A DNA stretch of 64,000 nucleotides from assembly GCF_004010195.1 (NCBI RefSeq), contig NC_057718.1:25800670-25864669 (forward strand), read 5' to 3'. Below the pieces are notes generated by a model. It was not told the origin of the DNA. It ran no database searches and worked only from the letters and a program-made list of their open reading frames with translations. Positions 25,282 to 37,452 of the stretch are shown here, in pieces. Origin of the DNA: Chiloscyllium plagiosum (lineage: Eukaryota). Within the stretch, counting starts at the first letter, position 1, and the number at the start of each line of letters is the position of its first letter. Position numbers and translations under genes: made by a program.

Positions 25282-25944
25282 GAAAAAAAAAGAGCTCACT
25301 GGTGCAACTCACCACTGTCAGATTTCAAATAGCTGCTGAGCCTACAGGTGGGGATGGGGGTGGTTTTGGGATGGGTGTTCAATCACAGAGATATCTGGGG
25401 CAATTGCAGTCCGGATTATTTTTGTGTATTTCATGACTGATACAAATAAATTGAAATTCACCCTTTACTGAGTCTCTTCAAACTGCACCGTCAGCAAGAG
25501 TGGTCGATCCATTCACTGAGCGTGTTATGCCTGGAAGGTCAGTTGTAATCCTTGTTCATCTTAGAGTTTGAAACAGCTTCATGACTTGTTGCCAAAACTC
25601 CATGATTGCATATTAGTGATTCAGGTGGGCATCTAATTTTCCAAGTGAGCATAAAATTTTCTACCCATTAGAGATGGTGGGTGAGAAATAAAAGACACAG
25701 AGCTTTGGAGAAAGAACTTTTGGCTTTATAGCACAATAATCAATGAGGTATAACCAGATAACTTGTTTAATTCTAAATGTTGGTCAAAGTACTCAAATAG
25801 TAAGCTCTTTTATATCTACCTGAGGGGATATGCGAGGACTCAGTTAAATGATTCATCCAAAAGCTTGCACTTCAGATGACACAGCTGTGTCAGTACCACA
25901 CTGAAATATCAGGTCTGGTGAAGTGGACCAAGGTTTTGGGGAGA

Positions 25945-26273
25945 GATTTGATTAGATTGATGATTAGATTCCCTACAGTGTGGAAACAGGCCCTTTGGCC
26001 CAACAAGTCCACACCAACCCACCGAAGAGTAACCCACCCAGACCCATTCCCCCCTGACTAATGCACCTGACACTACGGGCAATTTAGCATGGCCAGTTCA
26101 CCTGACCTGCACATCTTTGGACTGTGGGAGGAAACCGGAGCACCCGGAGAAACCCATGCAGACACAGGAAGAATGTGCAAACTCCACACAGACAGTTGCC
26201 CAAGGTGGGAATTGAACCCAGGTCCCTGGTGCTGTGAGGTAGCAGTGCTAACCACTGAGCCACCGTGCCACCC
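25945..26273 (-). repeat. HE1-type V-SINE, full length
   Basis: Reverse complement of the family at 23353 and 24980. Confidence 0.92.
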
Positions 26274-28004
26274 CTTTTGAATACTACTGAGTGCTACCAC
26301 TGAGCCATGGTTGATACCAATACATGAATCTGTACTAAAAACAAAAATTAGATATGGATGTTTCTTATATAATGTTTCAGTCTGGCAGATTATTAATAAC
26401 TTTAAAATTGTCTCCTTTACATATTGGAATTTCCAAAACAAACATTTGGCACAAGGTTCACCACATGAGAGAAATGAGCAGCTGGATTTCTGATCTTTCA
26501 GAGTTACAGTCTTGTTTCATTTAGCCAGCCTTCACAGAGTTTACTTGCTTTGATATTGGTTCAACAGGTATTGTTTTTAGTTTGATAATGTAACTGCTGT
26601 CTTCAGAAGTGTGTGTAGGATGATGGTGCTTTAAAGTCCAGATTTTTGATTGGCAGCTTTGTAGCCAGATGTTGTTTGATCTAGGTATGTATGCAGCATT
26701 TTCAGACTTGCTGATTAGTTCCTGTAAACAGTGTAATATTAATCATACAGAAACACTGTATTGTAGAAACTCCAAGATGGAGAAATCAGTCACATCACGG
26801 CAGCCCCATCGGATGACGCTGATACAGCTGAACATTCTGTTGGCTACTTTTTGGCTCCTGAGACCTTGGACTCTGAAGACAGCCTTGGATTGCTGCATGG
26901 AGCTGCTTTGACGAAGCTGACTGCTTTCCCTATCTGGTAGAGGAGCAGGTACTGCACGAGCAAAGTGCCAGCAGCAGTAATTGGGCCCTAATTGACCCTC
27001 CACTGGAAAATGTAGTCTAGCAGCAGAACTGCATCAGGCAGATGCCCTGAACTGGCTCCACACTACCAGTCAACGAACAGTAGGCCCCAACCTCCATTCC
27101 TGATGCTTGAGGGCTTTTAAAACTCAGGCCATTAAAATAGTTAGGAATGACACATTATGATTTTAAAGGATGAGAATAATGGAAATGAGGATTAATTAAA
27201 ATGATGAGTTAGCATGTACTAAATCTTTATTTTCTGCAAGTACTAATTGCCATAGACAGTAACAGCATGCTACCTGTTACAGGATATTCCCATAAATAAG
27301 TTTAATTGCTTCCAAACTACTAGCACAATTATTGTGAAAAAAAGACTGAAGGCCTCAAAAACGTCGTTGTTTGGGAAACTTGTTATTTCTGCAGAGGTAA
27401 ATGACACCCATGTGGAAATCAATGAAGTCCAAACTAAAATTATGACTCAATAAGTAAAAGCATAGTTCTATTTTGATTGGAAATAATCCCATTTTCAAGA
27501 AAGATTGAAAGCAAACTCAGGTCAAGCAATAGTTTGGTCATTAGAAATAAGCTTTAGTCTTACTGATAAGAAAATGAGGGGCAAGTAAGCAAAGGATTGT
27601 TGGAACCACCATATTGGGGGACACTTTAATCCCTAGGACAGGATGAGTTTAGTTTGGGTGCAAAGTTAACATTTGAAAATACATTTTTAATGGAGAAGGA
27701 AACATGGACAACCAAGCTATTTTCATACGATGGGCACAAACTATGAGGTATGTACCCAGTTTTTGTGTTTTCTTTAACTGATTCCAGCCAGGTTTCCTGT
27801 GAAAAGGAGTCTAGTTGGGTGAGATTCACAAGGTCAACACATTTCCAGGATCTGGTTGTGGATCAGGTGGAGCAGAAGTGATGCCTCCAGGCACAATAAG
27901 CCTCATCTGGCATCTGTTTGTCTCCAAAGCAGTCGCCATGGTCATCCAGGAAACATTACAGAGATTCAAAACTGCTGGAATTTATAAGTAACCAGAACTA
28001 ACCC

Positions 28005-28143
28005 TTCCCCGTGGAAGGAAACCCACGCAGACACCGGGAGAATGCGAAAACTCCACACAGACAGAAACCAGAGGGTAGAATTAAACCCAGATCCCTGGCA
28101 CTGTGAGGCAGCAGTGCTAATCACTGGGCCATCATGCCACCCA
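28005..28143 (-). repeat. HE1-type V-SINE, 5' half
   Basis: tRNA head and the start of the V-domain on the minus strand. Confidence 0.8.
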
Positions 28144-29430
28144 TCTCTGTTGGGGTGAATCCTGAAAACAAAATCTGAGAAAATTCCAAGGACAAGAAGT
28201 GGTTAAATTCCTGTCTGATCTGAAATAAGGATCGTGAACAGGATTGGAAGATTTGGGCCATTGCTTCTGGTAAACAACCAGCATTCAGGAACTTGAGCAC
28301 AATTTTAATCCTGCTTTCGTTGTGAAAATTGGACACATAGACTGCTAAAATTGGCTTACCCACCGTTATCTCAATCGTTCCTCACAGTCTGCTCTTCTGA
28401 GCTGATAGGCAGGGCACCAGCTGAAAACCAATAACTTACTTCTTTAAATATAAAATTGGCCAAATTATTCCTTTTCTACTCTGACTGAAGTTTGTGTATA
28501 TGCTTCAGTGTGTTTTATACTCTTGTTGACATAAAAGCAAAACTCTGAGGAAATATATGGAAAAAAATTCATAGTCTGTTTTGATCTGGTCACGTCGGAA
28601 TGACTAGGATTGAAGGGAAGTTGGACTAAACATGAAGAAATAAGACATGGTGTAGTTGCTGCCAGAGACCACGCTGTGCATTTTCTGATTTTGAGAAGGT
28701 TAGCAGCTTGTATAAATTGGAAAGTGCAAGTCCTCCCTGTCATTCATTCACTGATTCTGTACGCACTCTGCAGGCCTTAATGATACTCCAGTCTGACCCC
28801 TACTGAGTCACTTATCTAATGTGAAGATGAATGGTCACCGTCACAGTCAGCATACAGGAGCTGTGAAGGAAAGAAGCTTCTCGTAACCATGTTTTTATGT
28901 AGACTGACTTCTGTGATTGATGTGCACATGTAGATTGTTGATGAAGCGTAAACTGCAGTTCACCAAATCCTTCCTGGAGAAATGTCATATAAAGGATATT
29001 ATTCCTTGAAAAAAAATCTGAACTATGTCAATATTAAGTTTAATATCAGACAAGGATAGTCATCGCTGAAATACTTTACAGACATAGAAATTATTTCATT
29101 TTGGAGAGCAGGCACATTTTTTTTCTGCATTGTCTCTGATTTTCTATGTTCTGTACATTTGTCAGGGATCATGGCTCAGAGGATTTGAAGTAAAGTGCAG
29201 CTTCCTGCTGGAAGCACAATGTTTTATGGGTTAATCTTTAACCCTGGACTTACTGAGGTTGATATTGTTCTCTGTCAATAATGCAAAACAGGACCATAAT
29301 GGATAGTCAACCACAACCAATTTATCTTTACATGCACATAATCTGCTAACTGGCCATTTTCTGTAACCATTTTTGAATCAAAGAACAACTACATTGTGTT
29401 ATGTGAATAATTGGCTTGTTTATGTTGATA

Positions 29431-29656
29431 GGAGAAAGTGAGGACTGCAGATGCTGGAGATCAGAGCTGAAAAATGTGTTGCTGGAAAAGCACAGCAGGT
29501 CGGGCAGCATCCAAGGAGCAGGAGAATCGATGTTTCGGGCATAAGCCCTTCTTCAAGAATGAGCTGAAGAAGGGCTTATGCCCAAAACATCGATTCTCCT
29601 GCTCCTTGGATGCTGCCTGACCTGCTGCGCTTTTCCAGCAACACATTTTTCAGCTC
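29431..29656. mobile_element. Fold-back PLE mini-insertion (family 1)
   Basis: Inverted pLTR arms of about 90 bp around 29566-29574 with TSD tgtttatgttg (29417-29427 / 29657-29667). Both hammerhead cores are mutated. Confidence 0.88.
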
Positions 29657-31420
29657 TGTTTATGTTGGCGTCTATGTGTGTTTGGTATCTTTACACTGTC
29701 CACCTCCTGGGGGCAGTATTTCAGGTAGGGGGTTATATGACATTGAGGGGTAGAGGTACTAGGTGGCCTGATCACCTCTGGCGCAGTTGAGGCCTAACTA
29801 ATAACTACTTGAGCACTTCTGCTGCTGCCAATAGAAGTTTTCCCAAGACTGGAGAAGCCTAGGTCAGCTAGATTCTTCATCCTTAGCCAACAGTTGGCAC
29901 ACAGGCTGAGAGTGGTGTTGTCAGCTGAGTCAATCCAAAAAGCACCCCCTTTCCCAACAACCTCTACACGGTGTGAGTTTGCCGTTGATTGTGTCAAATC
30001 CAACCGTGAGTGTGTGTGTTTGTGGGTGGGATAGGGTTGGCCTCTGAAGATCATCATGGTCAAATGGGCTGCTGACATTCACTGCCTGGGCTTGCACATA
30101 AATACTGGTTATGTGGATGAGCATGGAGCTTAGTAGTTTTCTTAAAACCATTCAGAAGCCAGTGCATCACAAATAGGGAACAGGGTATGAGATCATTCCT
30201 GAAGTTTTATTGTTCTAAAGGTATTCAGCAAGACTCAAAATAAAAACAGTCAATGCTGCAAATGCTCAGAGGCAGGTAGCATCAGTGGAGAACAGATAGA
30301 GTTAACATTTTAGGTGAGAAATATTACGTGATAGATGTTGACTGATTTACTAAGCACTGTACATAGCTAATCTCTTGTAAGACTTGACCTCCAACCTTTG
30401 GCCAAAAAGTCCTTCTGTTTCAAAATGCTTATGCTAGTTTTGGGAGGGGGGTTGGTGGTTGGGAACAATCTGGTGAGTGTTTTTCCATATTTTCACTTGT
30501 TACTCAAAATTCAGAATTAGCATTTGACAGCCTGAGACATCCATTCCCTGCCTAATTCAGAATCATGGCCAGTTCAGTGTTACTATCAACTGTACAAACA
30601 CCAGGCAGTGATTTCAGCAGCACAAAAATATTACTTATACAGAAGTGGAGTCCCTACATTGTGTTTAGGAATTTAGTCTCAAAAACCCAACTCTTTATAT
30701 GAGTTGTACAGTTTTTCGGGCATTTTCTGTTCTCATTTAAGATATCCAAAATCTGAAGTACTTTGCATTAGCAAGACTTGATGTGTCTACTGTCGCGAAA
30801 ACAATGGCTGTGGAATATTGAGGAAGTGATATGTTAGCATCGTCTCATTGATAGGGACATCTTTGAGTTGTGAATTTGACGTTGATGGTTTATTTTGTTT
30901 TATGTACTCATTCCAATGAATATCAAACAGCATTGATACCAAAGACATTTTTTTCAAGTATGCACTAGAAACAGAAAATTTGAATTGATTTAAACTTCAA
31001 AACGAAGCTGCATAACGATTGAATTGTTTTATTGTTGGGTTGAATATATCACAATTTTAATTAACTTCTAAAGCTTTAGTATATATCTATTTCCTTATCC
31101 GTCATTTATTTATATCTCTGCTTGAGGGGACTTTATCACAAGCTATAATAATTGTTATCATGCTAATGGACAGTTGACTTTTTTTCTCAAGAAAGCAAGG
31201 CAATTTACATTTATATAGTATCTTTTATATTCTGACTATGTCCCAAGACACTTGAAGCCAATGAATTACATGTGAGTTAAGGTCACTATTGTTACATACG
31301 TATTTACATACCACCAGATTCCACAAATAGTAATGAAACAATTGTTGTGTAAACAAGGTTAATTTTACTTAAGGATTAAAGCTAATGCTTCTAATTAAGT
31401 CTGTTAGACTATAATCTGGT

Positions 31421-31724
31421 GTTGAAAATGTGTTGCTGGAAAAGCGCAGCAGGTCAGGCAGCATCCAAGGGGCAGGAGAATCGACGTTTCGGGCATGAGC
31501 CCTTCTTCAGGAATGAGGAAAGTGTGTCCAGCAGGCTAAGATAAAAGGTAGGGAGCTCCCTACCTTTTATCTTAGCCTGCTGGACACACTTTCCTCATTC
31601 CTGAAGAAGGGCTCCTGCCCGACACGTCGATTCTCCTGCCCCTTGGATGCTGCCTGACCTGCTGCGCTTTTCCAGCAACACATTTTCAGCTCTGATCTCC
31701 AGCATCTGCAGTCCTCACTTTCTC
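31421..31724. mobile_element. Fold-back PLE insertion forming a 270-bp near-perfect palindrome
   Basis: Arms 31421-31555 and 31556-31690 with no spacer (centre gggagctccc). TSD ctataa(t/c)ctggtgttg at 31409-31424 / 31725-31740. Confidence 0.92.
31483..31510 (-). ncRNA. Minimal hammerhead ribozyme motif (PLE family 1)
   Basis: The minus strand reads CUGAAGA-A-GGGC-UCAU-GCCC-GAAA-C-GUC with an intact core. Confidence 0.7.
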
Positions 31725-32354
31725 CTATAACCTGGTGTTGTGTGATTTATAACTTTGTATAACACTGGTGCCTTCTAAATCGTTATTTAAGGAATTAGTC
31801 AGGACAATTCCACTGCTCCCCTTCAGATAGAGGCAAGTAATCTAAGTCGATGGAAACAAATAGAAGATATGACAATGTAGTGCACTAGCTCCTTCAGCAT
31901 CACACTAACATAGACAGAGAGCTGTTCCCAATAGCAGGAAGCCAGAGCACATCAATTTTGAGCGAGTGGCAAAAAGAACCAATAGCAGCAATGAGAGAGG
32001 AAAAAACCTTGTTCATGCAGAGAGTGGTTAGGATCTGGAAATCCCTGCTTGAGAGTGTGGGCAAGGCCAATTCACTTGTGAATTTCAAAAGCACACTGGA
32101 TAAACATCTCAAACAAAAAAGAAAAAAAAATCCACTAAATTAGTACTTGAGTCTTCAGTGTCTCTTATAGCAGCACGGAAACTATTCAACCCATCAAGTC
32201 CATGCTGGCTCTGTGCAACAGCAACTCAGCTTTCTCCACTCTGCCACCCAAATGTCCTGCTTTCTATTTTTTTCTAGGCTAAAGACCCTATGCACTCAGT
32301 TTCCATCCTGTTCTGATGTCATCATTACATCAAGTTATTATTGTGTCCCATTGG

Positions 32355-32463
32355 CTCGAAACGTCGATTCTCCTGTTCCTTGGATGCTGCCTGACCTGCT
32401 GTGCTTTTCCAGCAACACATTTTCAGCTCTGATCTCCAGCATCTGCAGTCCTCACTTTCTCCT
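32355..32463 (+). repeat. PLE family 1 terminal fragment
   Basis: cgaaacgtcgattctcctgttccttggatgctgcctgacc..ctcactttctcct, nearly identical to 62973-63079. Confidence 0.88.
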
Positions 32464-32469
32464 CCCATG

Positions 32470-33395
32470 GTACTACAGTCTAGAGTCCTCATGGTTTTGA
32501 CCAATCATTCAAGTTTTGTCTCAATGCCAACTTGAACTATTGAGTTTGGGTTGACATAAATCTTGGCTCTGGCCCCTCAAATCTTCCTGAGTCCTTCTTG
32601 AAATATTTTGGGATGCTTCCCAATGACTTCATATGGATCACCGGTACCCATTTTTAAAGATCTGTTGCCAACCCAGGCAGATTTTCTGGAACCAGTCTAT
32701 TTCCAAAAGGTTGAGACTTGGCCCTTGCACCACCATTGAGGTGAGTCAGATTTTCTGAATGTGTAACTGGGGTTACACTGGTCCTAGTAATACAGAAGGC
32801 CTCCCCAGTGAATGGCCAACCTAGTTGTGGTTTCTCGCAGACTTAAAGGCAAGATGTCTCACTGGAGTTTCCTAAAGGTTTGCTCTTCAACAATCGATAC
32901 TGCCATATCTGTGCCTGCCTCTATATCCATTGGGTGGCCACTTACCATGAGTTTAATCTTAATTTAGGCCACTTTGGAAGCATTGATATAATTTAGCAGT
33001 ATCAATTCCTCATCCTCAGGCTGATTGATTCGCAAAACCCTGTCTTGAGATGACTTTACCCTTCGACCAGGGCAGTATGTATTTTCATCCATTTTGGTGG
33101 CCGTATCTTTGACTACAAGTGTGGCATGAATGTTCTAGCTCCTTACTATATTGTGGAGAAGCTTTCCTTCCAGTTCGTGAACCTTGCAGCCTTCAATCCA
33201 ATTCCCTTCCTTGGCAACAAGTGGGAGCTGTAAGTATTATTCGCTGGGGACTTGCCTGTGTGGTATGGGGGTTATCCAACTTTGAGAACAGTACCAGTTA
33301 TGGACCCCAGAAGCTCCTGAGCCCCTTTTTCTGCATTTTTGTGGGAAAGGGCCAGTTCAATGAGACCTCTAGAGTAGCCATGACTTGGAGGTGCT
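32470..33395 (-). pseudogene. Gypsy (Mag-clade-like) gag-protease remnant
   Basis: Manual minus-strand translation gives IELALSHKNAEKGAQELLG (gag), IKIKLMVSGHPMDIEAGTDMAVSIVEEQTFRKL (decayed DTG protease), VVQGPSLNLLEIDWFQKICLGWQQIF and KHPKIFQEGLRKI.GARAKIYV, with stops and frameshifts. Confidence 0.75.
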
Positions 33396-33479
33396 AGTGT
33401 TGGATTCTTGTGGACAAAATTCAAAATCGCACAACACCAGGTTATAGTCCAACAGGTGTACTGGAAGCACTTGTGGAAT

Positions 33480-34120
33480 GCTTGTAGAGTCCAGACCTCC
33501 CAGTCCAGTAGTAGGGACACTATCACTGCATCACAAGAGAGCCCAATAAGGCAGCAATGCTGTTTTGGCCTGGTTTCACATTGGGGACCTTTTGTTGTGT
33601 GGTAAACATGATGACTGCAACACGATTGATACATGAGCCTAGCATTTTTTTAAATTTAACCTATTTTTCCAGTCAGTCTGTCCAGAGATGCTATTATATA
33701 CCTCTGGAGCAGGTGGGGACTTCAACCCAGGCATCTGAGTCCAGGGGTAGGAATGTCAAGACTGCGTTACAAGAGGGCCCTAACAATTTGATGGGTCCAT
33801 TTTTTGTAAGACGAAAGTAATGGATGTGCCCAGAGCAAAGTGAGTGGCTATTCAAATTAATTTAATCTTTGGGTTATCCGATTGATTGAAAGTTGATAAC
33901 TTCTGATAGTCAGGAATCAAACCTGCATTAACTGTTTGGAAGACAACTGTATTCACCACTAAACCACCATCACTATGTATGGATTGAGTCTTTTTTTTAC
34001 CTAACCTATTTTTCTAACCTGTTCAGAAATATTATTACACACCTCTGGAGCAGATGGGACTTGAAAACCTGTTTCTTGGTCCAGAGATAGGGACACCACA
34101 ATTAAGCCACAAGAACCCTC
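33480..34120 (-). repeat. Cluster of three short tRNA-derived SINE copies (family C; about 33480-33545, 33655-33780, 34000-34120)
   Basis: Shared motif acctctggagcag.tgggac..cccag..ccag.ggtagg.acac.a..actgc..cacaaga; the minus strand has a tRNA-like head. Confidence 0.65.
33902..33973 (-). pseudogene. tRNA-Gly(TCC) pseudogene or SINE head
   Basis: 72 nt that align without gaps to the vertebrate tRNA-Gly-TCC sequence as recalled (about 52/72 identical by eye). The anticodon loop CTTCCAA is intact, the B box is mutated (GGTTTGATTCC) and the first acceptor-stem pair is lost. Confidence 0.8.
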
Positions 34121-34620
34121 TATGGGTCTACTCTATAAAGGGCTCAGGTGGTAAGTTACAGCCGGGCAGGTCATTGTTACAAAGGGAATTTATACTCGAT
34201 AAGTTCCTTGGGAGATTAATGAGTGATTCCCTATGGGCCTTGTAGGGGTTATCACATCAATCTTTAATCCGTTTAAGTAAAATGAATCATTACAAATTGA
34301 AAGCCCAAGTGTGTCCAATACACTAGCCTGTTTATGTCCTCTTGAAATTAATCATTTTTCTCACATTTCACATTTACAAGTTATGGGTCCTCCACAAATT
34401 TTGAAATTGTGGCCAAATCTTAGCCATTAGTATATACTATGAGGAGAAGTTGTCTTAATATTAACTCCAATAGAATGACCTCCAATAGAATGACCATGAT
34501 GTACCTTCCTCCAGTCTGAAAGTTAACAAGTCACCACTACTTGCTGTTTGCTCTCACTCGCCCAGCTTTGTATCCATGCTGCCACTGTCACTTGCATTTC
34601 ATGACCTTCAGCTTTCCTAG

Positions 34621-34775
34621 AGAGAAAGTGAGGGCTGCAGATGCTGGAGATCAGAGCTGAAAATGGCTCTGATCTCCAGCATGGCTCAGGAGAAGGGCTT
34701 ATGCCCGAAACGTTGATTCTCCTGTTCCTTGGATGCTGCCTGACCTGCTGCGCTTTTCCAGCAACACATTTTCAG
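34621..34775. mobile_element. Rearranged fold-back PLE mini-insertion
   Basis: Inverted pLTR pieces, including an internal atgctggagatcagagc / gctctgatctccagcat hairpin. TSD cttcagctttcc(t/g)ag at 34606-34620 / 34776-34790. Confidence 0.85.
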
Positions 34776-34827
34776 CTTCAGCTTTCCGAGCAAGCCTGTC
34801 ATGAATCAACTTATGTCCATACGGGAA

Positions 34828-35130
34828 GATGGTGGTGTAATGGTAATGTCACTGGACAAGTAATTTAGTGATGACTTGGCATGGGTTTGAATCAGGAGGA
34901 GAAAGTGAGGACTGCAGATGCTGGAGACCAGAGTTGAAAAATGTGGTGCTGGAAAAACACAGCAGGCCAGGCAGTATCCGAGGAGCAGAAGAATCGATGT
35001 TTCGGGCATAAGCCCTTCTTCAGGAATGGGTTTGAATCCCACCACTACGGATTATGAAATTTACATTAATAACAATCTGAAATAAAAAGCTAGCCTAATA
35101 ATTATCATGTAACCACCATGATCTGATTCA
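34828..35130 (+). repeat. tRNA-derived SINE (family B) 5' part, interrupted by a PLE fragment
   Basis: The head ggtggtgtaatggtaatgtcactggac..gggtttgaatccc is split by the insert at 34894-35025. Confidence 0.75.
34894..35025 (-). mobile_element. PLE family 1 terminal fragment with a hammerhead core
   Basis: Perfect 13-bp TSD atgggtttgaatc. The minus strand reads CUGAAGA-AGGGC-UUAU-GCCC-GAAAC-AUC. Confidence 0.85.
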
Positions 35131-36565
35131 AAACTGTGACTGTTGCGGCTGAGCCATGTTGTTTGTTTTATCTGACTAAACCTTCAATTTTCATCTAGAT
35201 GCACAACTGCAATTTATTAACTTTGCATTAATCGCTTAAATACATCAATACTTTCAGATGGAATTTGCAAGTTCAACAATTTCTTAATTGCTTGCACCCA
35301 AAGGCTTCAAAAATCACTTAGGCTGTAGTCCAAGCATAATTTCTGAATCACACTGAACAAAGCTCCTGAGCATTGATTTCTCTTGATATTCCATAGCCTT
35401 CATCCTGGAATTCACTGGATCAGTTGGCGGTTGATTGGCCCTTAACTGGGTTAATTGGCTACTTGGCTTCATGGAGCTAATCCTGCAAAACTCTTTCTGA
35501 AAACTGAAATGCATTGGGTGACCATCCAGATGTGATTGCCTCTTCTTCACCTTCATCCCACAGCTCTTGTGTCAGAAAAATTGAGCTGTGTGTGTGAAAA
35601 TGCATTCCCAATTCTCGGAAACACCATCACCTACAAGCTCTCCTCCAAGACGCACACCATCCTTGCTCACAACTACTATCATTGTACCTTCACTACCACT
35701 GGGTAAAAATACTGGATTTCTCTCTCTAATAGCATTGTGGGTTACTTACATCCTGAAGGACTGACGAGGCTCAGTCAGCTCACCATTGCATTCTTCAATC
35801 TAATTATGGTAGGGCATTAAATGTCGTTTTAGGCAGCAATGTCCATATCATGTGAAAGAAATGTTATAGAGAGAAAATGGCTTGATGGTGTAGATATAGA
35901 GAAAGTCTTTTCCACTTGTGGGAGAAGTCAAAGCTCAGACATCACAAATGTTCCAATAAATCCACCAAGGAATTTTGAAGGAATATTTCAGCCCAGAGAA
36001 TGGTTAGAATATGGATCTCATTACCACAGTGAATAAGGCAGTAATGTAGAATCATTTCCGTGGAAGCTAGATAAACACACAAGGGAGGAGCAACTGAATA
36101 GTGCTTTGTCAATTGATATCCATCTCCACAATAATAGGAATGGGCAGATTGTTTTGCCCTTAAGTGTTCACTGCCAATTAATAGGATCATGGATGATCTG
36201 ACTGTGGCTTCTAATCCACTTTTCTGATTGTCTTTCATAATGTTTGACCCCATTGTAAATAAACGAACCTATTGTAACTTAGCCTGGAATATAATCAATG
36301 AACCAGCTTCCATTGATCTTTTGGGAAAGAGAATTCCAAAGACACATGATCCTCTTTGAGAAAAAAACTTCTCATCTCTGTCTTGAATGGCGTGCTCCTT
36401 ATTTGGAAATTGTGACCCCTTGTTTTAAATTCACCCATAAATCGAAACATTTTCTCAACATCTACTGTGTCAAACTTTCTTGTTTCTTTAATGTTTCAGC
36501 AAGATTCTCTCATTCTTTTAAAATAGGGTAAGTATTGGCCAAATCTGTTCAAATGTTCTTCATAA

Positions 36566-37452
36566 AACTGGTTAGCAAAGTTAGATCTCATGGAATACAG
36601 GGAAAACTAGCCATTTGGATACAGAACTGGCTCAAAGGTAGAAGACAGAGGGTGGTGGTGGAGGGTTGCTTTTCAGACTGGAGGCCTGTGACCAGTAGAG
36701 TGCCACAAGGATCGGTGCTGGGCCCTCTACTTTTTGTCATTTACATAAATGATTTGGATGCGAGCATAAGAGGTACAGTTAGTAAGTTTGCAGATGACAC
36801 CNNNNNNNNNNNNNNNNNNNNNNNNNNNNNNNNNNNNNNNNNNNNNNNNNNNNNNNNNNNNNNNNNNNNNNNNNNNNNNNNNNNNNNNNNNNNNNNNNNN
36901 NNNNNNNNNNNNNNNNNNNNNNNNNNNNNNNNNNNNNNNNNNNNNNNNNNNNNNNNNNNNNNNNNNNNNNNNNNNNNNNNNNNNNNNNNNNNNNNNNNNN
37001 NNNNNNNNNNNNNNNNNNNNNNNNNNNNNNNNNNNNNNNNNNNNNNNNNNNNNNNNNNNNNNNNNNNNNNNNNNNNNNNNNNNNNNNNNNNNNNNNNNNN
37101 NNNNNNNNNNNNNNNNNNNNNNNNNNNNNNNNNNNNNNNNNNNNNNNNNNNNNNNNNNNNNNNNNNNNNNNNNNNNNNNNNNNAGATATAAAAGAGACCT
37201 AAGGGGCAACGTTTTCACATAGAGGGTGGTATGTGTATGGAATGAGCTGCCAGAGGATATGGTGGAGGCTGGTGTAATTGCAACATTTAAGAGGCATTTG
37301 GATGGGTATATGAATAGGAAGGGTTTGGAGGGATATGGGCCAGGTGCTGGCAGGTCGGATTAGATTGGTTGGGTTATCTGGTTGGCATGGATGGGTTGGA
37401 CCGAAGGGTCTGTTTCCATGCTGTACATCTCTATGACTCTTTGACTCTATAA
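36566..37452 (+). mobile_element. Young 5'-truncated CR1 LINE (RT to 3' tail) spanning an assembly gap
   Basis: [46 protein letters not shown]; after the gap, RYKRDLRGNVFT and the tail ctatgactctttgactctat. Confidence 0.93.
36802..37183. other. Assembly gap (382 N)
   Basis: Run of N characters. Confidence 1.

Noticed and set aside
34466..34495. 15-bp tandem duplication (ctccaatagaatgac x2)
   Set aside because: An ordinary local duplication with nothing between the copies.
29431..35025. Recurring units of about 100 bp as a CRISPR-like array
   Set aside because: Dispersed, variably oriented PLE ends with TSDs in a vertebrate context; no regular repeat-spacer structure and no cas genes.
36535..37222. 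Long ORFs spanning X residues
   Set aside because: Artefacts of the N gap inside a CR1.
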